A stretch of DNA of 64,000 nucleotides from Bacteroidota bacterium. Lineage in GTDB: Bacteria; Bacteroidota; Bacteroidia; Palsa-948. Of this stretch, positions 18,828-25,719 are shown piece by piece. Made by a program: the position numbers and the translations under genes. Every line of letters starts with the position of its first letter. Within the stretch, counting starts at the first letter, position 1. Location: contig JACQAL010000057.1 of the NCBI GenBank assembly GCA_016195025.1, positions 46,129-110,128 of the forward strand. The letters run 5' to 3'. The notes beneath the pieces were generated by a model that worked only from the letters and a program-made list of their open reading frames with translations, had not been told where the DNA came from and did no database searches.

Positions 18828-19232
18828 TTAAAACTTAAAGAAGAAAAAACAAACTGCCGCCCACGACCTGTTCACACCGCTGGCATAGCCAATGGTGCTG
18901 TGGCTGGAATTCTCCACCGTGCCGTCTGACTTCACATAGCCGATTGTAGAATGGCTGGAGTTCTCCACGGTGCCGTCTGATTTCACATAGCCCACCGTGC
19001 TGTGGCTGGAGTTCTCAATGGTTTCTCCCCGGATGTATCCGATGGTGGAGTGGCTGGAGTTTTCAATGGTGCCATCCGATTTAATGTAGCCCGAAGTGCT
19101 GTGGCTGGAATTTTCCACGGTGCCGTCTGATTTAATGTATCCTGTTGTGCTGTGGCTGCCGCTTTCAATGCTTTGAGCATAAAGCGAAACGCAGAGCGCA
19201 GCAGAAACGAGAAGAGAGAAAAGTTTTTTCAT
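18828..19232 (-). CDS. secreted protein made of about 5.5 tandem 17-residue repeats (SSHSTxGY[IV]KSDGT[IV]EN)
   Basis: Signal peptide ending LYAQS, a 51-bp periodic coding repeat spanning about 18879-19160, and a hydrophobic C-terminus AAVCFFFFKF. Confidence 0.55.
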   Translation of the reverse strand: MKKLFSLLVSAALCVSLYAQSIESGSHSTTGYIKSDGTVENSSHSTSGYIKSDGTIENSSHSTIGYIRGETIENSSHSTVGYVKSDGTVENSSHSTIGYVKSDGTVENSSHSTIGYASGVNRSWAAVCFFFFKF

Positions 19233-19283
19233 GTGATGAAGATTTTAGTTTAAGCAAATGTAAATTATTTCCGCTGACCAACT

Positions 19284-19316
19284 AAAAAAGCCCTCCGTTT
19301 ATTGCGAAGGGCTTTT
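19284..19316 (-). terminator. Rho-independent terminator downstream of 19339-20118
   Basis: Stem gccct.cg / cg.agggc with loop tttattg, followed on the minus strand by U6. Confidence 0.7.
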
Positions 19317-19338
19317 CAGTTGCGCGGGTTCACTGCGC

Positions 19339-20118
19339 TCATCCCACAGGCGCGCTCACGGCTTTGCTGAAATTTCCTTTTTCACCGCGCGTGTTTTTCA
19401 TACGCGCTTTATACCAGGCGGTGCTGCCAACATCTGAAGATTCAAAAGTGGAGAGATACAAGCCGCGTTTGGCTTCGCCCACGTGCACGTATTGCGAATC
19501 ATCGGGCTCTGCGTTTGGGTTCTGCACCGGCATGGGCTGTGGCGGCTGGTTGGCATTCTGGTTGGCAGGCGGAGCGGGCGGCTTCACAAGGGCTCTCCAT
19601 ATTTCTATTTCCTTAATTCCTTTTTCCCTGCCTTTCTTTTTGCTTTTATCAATATTTACTATGGCTAATTTATGAAAGAGATGCCCTATTTCGCGAACCA
19701 CAATGCCCGCTTCTTTTGAGCCCGGCTCAGCAACACGCGTGAGCGTTGCATCCTGCAGCACCGTTCCGCGTTTCACTTTGAATGTTTCGCAATCACTCAC
19801 GCTTCCGCTGAGGGCGATTTTATCGAGCAGGTGATGCCCCGTGTCTTTATCGTGGTCGTATTTCAAACAGTCCTTCCGGTTAAGATTGAGTTTTTCGGTG
19901 ATGTCGCTGTTGCGCAGTTTCTTCACGCTGTATTTTTTATAAAGCGCATTGTCTTTGGTGCGGAAGGCGGTCCATGCCGCGCTTTCGGCTGCCGTCCATC
20001 CCCAGTTCTGGTAAACGGGGTTGTTGGTGTTGGGGTCAATGGATAGTTGCAAGTCATCGGTGTCAATGATGTACTTGTGAAACAAATCAATGGTGGTTGG
20101 AATTCTTGAATTTGACAT
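19339..20118 (-). CDS. hypothetical protein with Pro/Asn/Gln linker and FN3-like C-terminal end
   Basis: 259-aa ORF that looks GC-richer than its surroundings. The C-terminus AWYKARMKNTRGEKGNFSKAVSAPV resembles the last strands of FN3 domains. No family name assigned. Confidence 0.5.
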   Translation of the reverse strand: MSNSRIPTTIDLFHKYIIDTDDLQLSIDPNTNNPVYQNWGWTAAESAAWTAFRTKDNALYKKYSVKKLRNSDITEKLNLNRKDCLKYDHDKDTGHHLLDKIALSGSVSDCETFKVKRGTVLQDATLTRVAEPGSKEAGIVVREIGHLFHKLAIVNIDKSKKKGREKGIKEIEIWRALVKPPAPPANQNANQPPQPMPVQNPNAEPDDSQYVHVGEAKRGLYLSTFESSDVGSTAWYKARMKNTRGEKGNFSKAVSAPVG

Positions 20119-20167
20119 GGTGTTAGATTTTATTGGTTATTATTTGTTTTTGCTCAGAATTTAAATG

Positions 20168-20314
20168 GCACTGCACGGGTGCCGTATGACACTGCACGGG
20201 TGCCGTATGGCTCACCACCGCTGCTGTATGGCTCGCCTCCGGTGCTGTATGGCTCGCCTCCGGTGCTGTATGGCTCGCTTCCGGTGCTGTATGGCTCACA
20301 CAGAGTGCCGCAGG
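20168..20314. repeat. tandem array of seven 21-bp units
   Basis: Units fall in an exact 21-nt register: two of [ga]cactgcacgggtgccgtatg, four of gctc.cc.ccg.tgctgtatg, and one degenerate. The array ends 49 bp upstream of the start codon at 20118. Confidence 0.9.
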
Positions 20315-20546
20315 GCGGGCGGGGAGTTCTTCCTTATATAGTGCAACTGCTTTCATTGTTCGTTCGGGTTTGCATTGCTGCTTTCTTTGTTTGCGTTTCT
20401 GCTTCAGCGGTTTTCATTTCTTGCGTTGTGAATTGTGTTTCTATGGCTATAACGTTTGAGGGCAGCGGTTTGTTTCCGCATTTTTACCAGCGGCTTGTTT
20501 TCTTTCCGAAGGGGCTTTTTTATTTCCGAAGAAGGCGAAAGCAAAA

Positions 20547-20876
20547 TTAAAGAAGGGGAAGCATTTTCGAAAGTTCCTCCTTGTATTCATCGGAGAGAGG
20601 AATTTTTGTTCCGTTTTTCAGCAGGAGATTTCCGCAGGCATCTTTTCCTTCAATTTCAGAAACGCGCACTGCATGCGAGCGGTACACGCGGCAAAACAAG
20701 CCGGTGGGCTGTATGCGTTCGCACCAGTAAGCGAGGCAGCCGTTCTGAAGCCATTCCGTGCCGTCATTAAAAATAAAAGCGGTGTATTGCTTGCGCGCTT
20801 CGAGGCGAAGTATTTCTTCGGGCGGTTCAAAATGCGTAACGCCTTTCAGGTCTTTGAGCGGAAGTTTTGGAGCCAT
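20547..20876 (-). CDS. stand-alone LytTR DNA-binding domain protein
   Basis: 109 aa. The pattern EILRLEA..YT....DG.......L......I.P.GLFCRVYRSHAV....I......G.LLLKNGTKIPLS..Y matches the LytTR fold. There is no receiver domain. Confidence 0.6.
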   Translation of the reverse strand: MAPKLPLKDLKGVTHFEPPEEILRLEARKQYTAFIFNDGTEWLQNGCLAYWCERIQPTGLFCRVYRSHAVRVSEIEGKDACGNLLLKNGTKIPLSDEYKEELSKMLPLL

Positions 20877-21087
20877 GATGAATGCATTTATTCAACTTCA
20901 TTCACGGGGGTTTTTACAGGCAACGCCCGTACCCGGAAAATATTTCATGCGCGGCTATGATTTGTTACGAACAAGGCAGTGAACAGGGAAATGCCGCGCG
21001 GAATTACCACTTACTCCTATAAACGACCACTTATTAATTTCCTGAAACATTTTGAATGTATTGCCGTATCTTTGCTAAAAAGCATTC

Positions 21088-22683
21088 ATGAAGAAGATTT
21101 ACGTTTTATTTTTTCCTACTCTTTTTTGCTCCGTGCTGCAGGCGCAGGTAATTTCTTTTCAACGAACATTCGGAGGAACGAGAGCAGATTATGCAGTGTG
21201 GGGACAGCAAACCAGTGAAGGAGGTTTTATTGTTGCCGGAAGTACCAACGGCACAAATACTTTTGGATTCGGAAGCATGGATGTATGCCTTGTAAAAACC
21301 GATTCAAGCGGCATTGTGCAATGGGAAAAAATTTACGGAGGAACAAATGATGAACATGCTGGCTTTGTTCAGCAAACAAAAGACGGAGGATTTGTGATTA
21401 CCGGTTATACTTCCAGTTTTGGAGACAGCATTGATGTTTATCTTCTCAAAACCGATTCGGATGGAAATTTATTCTGGTCAAAAACTTTTGGAGGCACGGG
21501 CGCTGAATATGCAAGTTCGGTTCAGCAAACTTCTGACGGAGGATTTATTATTGCCGGTTCTACTTCCGGTTTCGGAGCGGGCGCCAATGATGTTTACCTG
21601 GTGAAGACCGATTCCAACGGATTCCAGCAATGGATGAAAGCGTATGGAGGAACAGCCAATGATTACGCAAGTTTCGCGCAGCAAACCAATGACGGGGGAT
21701 TTATTGTTGCCGGTTTCACCTATAGTTTCAGCCAGGGATATGACGATGTTTATATACTGAAAACATCTTCCAATGGCACGCTGCAATGGTCAAAGACATT
21801 TGGAAGCAGCGGCTACGATGAAGGTTATTCCATTCAGCCAACCAATGACGGTGGATTTATTATTGGCGGAATGACTACAAGTTTTGGAGCGGGCTATGCA
21901 GATATGTATATACTGAAGACAACTTCAACCGGAAATCTGCAATGGTCAAAAACTTTTGGAGGCATTCAGTCAGAGGATGCAAGTTGGACACAACAAACCA
22001 ATGACGGAGGATTTATCATTGGGGGATCGACTACAAGTTTTGGAGCGGGCTATCATGATATTTATTTGGTGAAGACCGCTTCTGACGGAAGTTTGCAATG
22101 GTCAAAGACCTTTGGCACGAACGATGATGATGTGGGAAGTGTTGATGGCCAGACAAACGATGGAGGATTTTTTATTTCAGGCGGAACATGGTTTTACACA
22201 GCGCAGAATGAAGATTTATATTTAGTGCGGACAGATGCAAACGGAAACACCGGATGTAATCAAACAAATCCTTCTACCCTGACAGGCGTTCCTTCCACCA
22301 TAGTTGCAAATGCAGGCACGCTGGTTACACCTGGAGGAATTGGCGGAATTCCTGCCACCCAAACCGACAGTGGAGGAGCAACAGAAAAAACTTTTTGCTA
22401 TACGGGAGTAGATGAAATTGAAAAGGAAGATGTAATAAACATTTATCCGAATCCAACATCCGGCATCTTTACAATACAAATAGGCAGTCAGCAGTCGGCA
22501 GTCGGCAATGAATACAAAACAGAAATTTATAATGTGTTTGGAGAAAAAGTGACACAAAGTGTCATTCCGAACGCAGTGAGGAATCTCACCATTGACATTT
22601 CCAATCAGCCCCAAGGAATTTATTTTCTGCAAGTAAAAACCGCAGAAGGAACTGCGGTGAAGAAAATTATTGTGCAGCTGTAA
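21088..22683 (+). CDS. T9SS-sorted secreted protein with seven roughly 50-aa propeller-like repeats
   Basis: Signal peptide, 7 repeats of GG...D.A....QT.DGGFI..G.T.SFGAG..D.YL.KT.S.G.LQWSKTFGG, and a C-terminal type A sorting domain (IYPNPTSGIFTIQ...YFLQVKT..GTAVKKIIV). Confidence 0.8.
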   Translation: MKKIYVLFFPTLFCSVLQAQVISFQRTFGGTRADYAVWGQQTSEGGFIVAGSTNGTNTFGFGSMDVCLVKTDSSGIVQWEKIYGGTNDEHAGFVQQTKDGGFVITGYTSSFGDSIDVYLLKTDSDGNLFWSKTFGGTGAEYASSVQQTSDGGFIIAGSTSGFGAGANDVYLVKTDSNGFQQWMKAYGGTANDYASFAQQTNDGGFIVAGFTYSFSQGYDDVYILKTSSNGTLQWSKTFGSSGYDEGYSIQPTNDGGFIIGGMTTSFGAGYADMYILKTTSTGNLQWSKTFGGIQSEDASWTQQTNDGGFIIGGSTTSFGAGYHDIYLVKTASDGSLQWSKTFGTNDDDVGSVDGQTNDGGFFISGGTWFYTAQNEDLYLVRTDANGNTGCNQTNPSTLTGVPSTIVANAGTLVTPGGIGGIPATQTDSGGATEKTFCYTGVDEIEKEDVINIYPNPTSGIFTIQIGSQQSAVGNEYKTEIYNVFGEKVTQSVIPNAVRNLTIDISNQPQGIYFLQVKTAEGTAVKKIIVQL

Positions 22684-22710
22684 ATTATTTTGTATTTTTG
22701 TTTATAGGAA

Positions 22711-22926
22711 ATGAAAATGCTCAATAAATATATAACCACTCATCCCGAAGTATTAAGCGGGACCCCTGTTTTCAAAGGCACGCGTGTTCCCGTCAAAAAC
22801 CTTTTCGATTATATTGAAACCGGAGAAACCATTGCAACATTTCTTGCTGATTTTCCTTCTGTAAAAAAAGAGCAGGCAATGGCAGTGCTTGAAGAAGCGG
22901 AAAAGTATTTAACGCATGCTGCATGA
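22711..22926 (+). CDS. DUF433 domain protein (putative antitoxin)
   Basis: HPEVLSGTPVFKGTRVPVKNLFDYIETGETIATFLADFP matches the DUF433 pattern. It overlaps the downstream gene by 4 nt. Confidence 0.75.
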   Translation: MKMLNKYITTHPEVLSGTPVFKGTRVPVKNLFDYIETGETIATFLADFPSVKKEQAMAVLEEAEKYLTHAA

Positions 22927-23243
22927 ATATTCTTCTTGACGAGTGTGTTCCCGCTCCGCTCAAACAATTCCTGGCGAATCATCATGTTAAAACGGCTTCT
23001 GAAATGGGATGGAGCAGTTTGAAAAATGGAAAACTTCTTGAAGCTTCAATTAAAGAAGGGTTTGATGTGTTACTCACCATTGACAAAAATATTCATCACC
23101 AGCAAAATATAAAATCATTGCGCATAACTGTGATTGTTTTTGATATTGCAAGAAACAAAGTTGAGTTTTTTAAACCCCTGCTTCCTAAATTTTTTTCCAT
23201 GTTAGATACCCTTCAGAAAGGGAAGGTTTATATTATTAAATAA
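22923..23243 (+). CDS. DUF5615 PIN-like protein (putative toxin)
   Basis: MNILLDECVP...GWSSLKNGKLLEASIKEGFDVLLTIDKNIHHQQN. It is translationally coupled to the DUF433 gene. Confidence 0.75.
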   Translation: MNILLDECVPAPLKQFLANHHVKTASEMGWSSLKNGKLLEASIKEGFDVLLTIDKNIHHQQNIKSLRITVIVFDIARNKVEFFKPLLPKFFSMLDTLQKGKVYIIK

Positions 23244-23295
23244 CGGAATCCTGTTGAATCCGGATTCTTATTCAACTGCACACACCGCGGCATCA

Positions 23296-23332
23296 AAATA
23301 AAAAAGCCCCCCGTTTATTGCGAGAGGGCTTT
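23296..23332 (-). terminator. Rho-independent terminator downstream of 23347-25155
   Basis: Stem gccc.c.cg / cg.g.gggc with loop tttattg, followed by a U-run on the minus strand. It is near-identical to the terminator at 19284-19316. Confidence 0.7.
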
Positions 23333-23346
23333 CCTGAAAATCCGTT

Positions 23347-25155
23347 TTACTGTTTATTCGTAAGCAAGGTAACGTAGCCGGTAAGGTTTTTTGTTTCTTC
23401 GCCCGCAGCGCGGATGAAAACAAAATCAAGGGCGTAATAGTACGTTCCGTTGGAGAGCAGCTGCCCTGCCAGCGAGCGCCCGTCCCAGCGGATTTCATCG
23501 GCAGTGGTTTCCCACACCTTGGCGCCCCATCGGTCATAAATTACCACGTGAAAGTTTTTCACACCGCTGTTGGGAATGTACCACACATCGTTGGTTCCAT
23601 CGCCATCGGGAGAAAACACGTTGGGAACAATCACGCCTTCTTCCACGGTAATCACTTTTGTAATTGTGTCCACGCAGCCGAATGCGCTGGTTACAATTTC
23701 AGTTACGGTATAAGTTCCTGCCGCAAGGTAGTGGTGCGAAGGGTTCTGCGTGGTGGCAGAATTTCCATCTCCGAAATTCCAACTCCAGGTGGTTCCGCCC
23801 ATGCTCGAGTCAAGAAAATCCCAGGTAGTGCTGAATGCGCCCACAGCAACGGTATCGAAGTTGGCAAGAGGAGCCGGATACGCGGTAACAAAACAGGAAT
23901 CGGGATTGGATTTGCAAAGCGCGTTGGAAGTATCCATCACATACACCCACCCGCTGTTGCTTCCCCAGTTTACATTGATGGTGGAAGTTCCCTGCCCGCT
24001 GGTAATGGTTCCACCGCCCGCAGACCATCCGTAAATTCCCGAACCGCCACTGGCAGTAAATGTTCCCTGCGTGTTGGCGCAAAGGTTCTGGCAGATAATG
24101 GCAGGCGGAGCCGGTCGCAGGCGCGTGAGCAAATAAGGAAAGCCGGCAGTGGCGAACAACCAGTTGTTGCGTGTATCAACATCAAAACCGTTGGAAGTGG
24201 ATTGATTGATTACTGCCATGTCGTTCCACATAATGTTTGAAGTTTTCCAGTGCGCAGTTCCGTTCCAGTTGCCGCCATCGGTTGCGCTTTTATAGTAAAT
24301 AGAAATATTGGCAGGAACCACATTGGAAGTGTTCGGGTCAATGGCGTGATAAAAAGTATCAATGGTCTGGCACATGATTCCATCGTTGGAAGTGCGCAGG
24401 AAGCCATCGGTGTTCGGGTCGTAATTGATGAAGCGCACGTTGTAATAAGTAGAAGTGGGCGCAGCGGGCTGAACACGAACCGGACGGTAGCGCGTAAGAT
24501 TATTGCTGCTTGAACCAACGGGAAAAACATAACTGGAGGCAGTGTTTGTTTCCCTGTGCAGATAGCCGGGGGCAGTGCTGCTTACAAAACCTTCTGAACC
24601 CGAAGTGGAATCATTATCAACGGCAGCAACGGAAGGATTCATCACAAATAGGGTGTTGGTTTGCGTTTCCAACTCGCGGTCGTTGATGTCAAGCGTTCCG
24701 GTGGCGTTTACAATGGCATCGAGTGTCTGGGTTTTCTTGCGGTTGTTCCCGCTTCCGGTTCCCGTTGCGGTAAGATTATGAAAAGTGGTAACGTTGGTTC
24801 CGGTAATGTATTCCTGGTTGCTTCCGTAAAGTTCAACCGTGCTGTTGTTAGCAGTGAAGGTTGCATTGTTCACCCAATCCTGTTCCACATGGTAAGTTCC
24901 GTTTCCGTGCATCACGGAATTATTATTCAGCGTTACATTTCCCTTGCTGGGAAAAGTAGAATTAAGCGTAACGCGCATGTCCCCGTTATGCTCAAGGTCT
25001 CCGTTGGAGGTGGATGAGTTGTTTTCTAATCCACCATTAATCTGAATAACAGATGTGGGACCTGTCCAGATGGTAGCCCCGTTGTTGTAAAAAATCTGCG
25101 CGAACAACAGACATGGCGATGTGATGAAAAAGGCGAGTAGAGTAGATATTTTCAT
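23347..25155 (-). CDS. T9SS type B (gliding-motility C-terminal, CHU_C) sorted protein with PKD domain
   Basis: Signal peptide, a PKD motif WSWNFGDGNSATTQNPSHHYLAAGTYTV, and a C-terminal VPNVFSPDGDGTNDVWYI...IYDRWGAKVWE...WDG...G..L..GTYYY. Confidence 0.8.
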   Translation of the reverse strand: MKISTLLAFFITSPCLLFAQIFYNNGATIWTGPTSVIQINGGLENNSSTSNGDLEHNGDMRVTLNSTFPSKGNVTLNNNSVMHGNGTYHVEQDWVNNATFTANNSTVELYGSNQEYITGTNVTTFHNLTATGTGSGNNRKKTQTLDAIVNATGTLDINDRELETQTNTLFVMNPSVAAVDNDSTSGSEGFVSSTAPGYLHRETNTASSYVFPVGSSSNNLTRYRPVRVQPAAPTSTYYNVRFINYDPNTDGFLRTSNDGIMCQTIDTFYHAIDPNTSNVVPANISIYYKSATDGGNWNGTAHWKTSNIMWNDMAVINQSTSNGFDVDTRNNWLFATAGFPYLLTRLRPAPPAIICQNLCANTQGTFTASGGSGIYGWSAGGGTITSGQGTSTINVNWGSNSGWVYVMDTSNALCKSNPDSCFVTAYPAPLANFDTVAVGAFSTTWDFLDSSMGGTTWSWNFGDGNSATTQNPSHHYLAAGTYTVTEIVTSAFGCVDTITKVITVEEGVIVPNVFSPDGDGTNDVWYIPNSGVKNFHVVIYDRWGAKVWETTADEIRWDGRSLAGQLLSNGTYYYALDFVFIRAAGEETKNLTGYVTLLTNKQ

Positions 25156-25308
25156 TCACTGTAAATTTTAGTTGCCTGTTTTGTTTCATGAAGCAACAAA
25201 GATATACTAAAATATCTTTGAACGCATAAAGAATTTTTAGATGTATTTGAACAATGTAAAACCCTTATTTTTACCTGCATTTACCATTAAGACGTAAAAG
25301 ATAGCAAT

Positions 25309-25668
25309 ATGGTTGCACTAAAAGCCAAAAAAATATTCAACAATGACTTCTTTTCTCTGGTATATGATATTTGCAGGGAGATTCCGAGAGGAAAAGTGAC
25401 ATCTTACGGAGCCATTGCTAACTATCTTGGTTCTGCAAAGTCTGCGCGCATGGTGGGCTGGGCGATGAATGCTGCCGGCTCGCAGAAAAAATTTGTTCCG
25501 GCACACCGCGTTGTAAACCGCAACGGAGAACTCACCGGGAAAATTCATTTCGGACATCCTAAACTCATGCAGAAACTTTTAGAGAAGGAAGGAATAAAAG
25601 TGAAGAACGATACGGTTGTGAACTTTAAAAAACACTTCTGGGATCCGGCAGAGAATTTGAATCTATAA
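25309..25668 (+). CDS. MGMT-family DNA-binding protein lacking the acceptor cysteine (alkyltransferase-like, ATL)
   Basis: GKVTSYGAIANYLG...ARMVGWAMN...VPAHRVVNRNGELTG. The canonical PCHRV motif reads PAHRV here. Confidence 0.75.
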   Translation: MVALKAKKIFNNDFFSLVYDICREIPRGKVTSYGAIANYLGSAKSARMVGWAMNAAGSQKKFVPAHRVVNRNGELTGKIHFGHPKLMQKLLEKEGIKVKNDTVVNFKKHFWDPAENLNL

Positions 25669-25719
25669 AGAAAAAAAGAAGCCGCCTCAGTTTTTGAAGC
25701 GGCTTCTTGCTTCCAGGGT

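Noticed and set aside
16930-20118. Prophage or phage remnant, suggested by the tail-fibre chaperone domain.
   Set aside because: There are no capsid, portal, terminase, baseplate, lysis or integrase genes anywhere nearby. The protein has a secretion signal, and the flanking genes are cellular.
19339-20314. Diversity-generating retroelement target (FN3/Ig-like C-terminus next to repeats).
   Set aside because: No reverse transcriptase gene and no template/variable repeat pair with adenine-specific differences was seen in the window.
20179-20550. 123-aa plus-strand ORF across the first 21-bp array (YGSPPVL repeats).
   Set aside because: It is antisense to the whole surrounding cluster, has no upstream promoter-like box, and its openness is again explained by the 21-nt periodicity.
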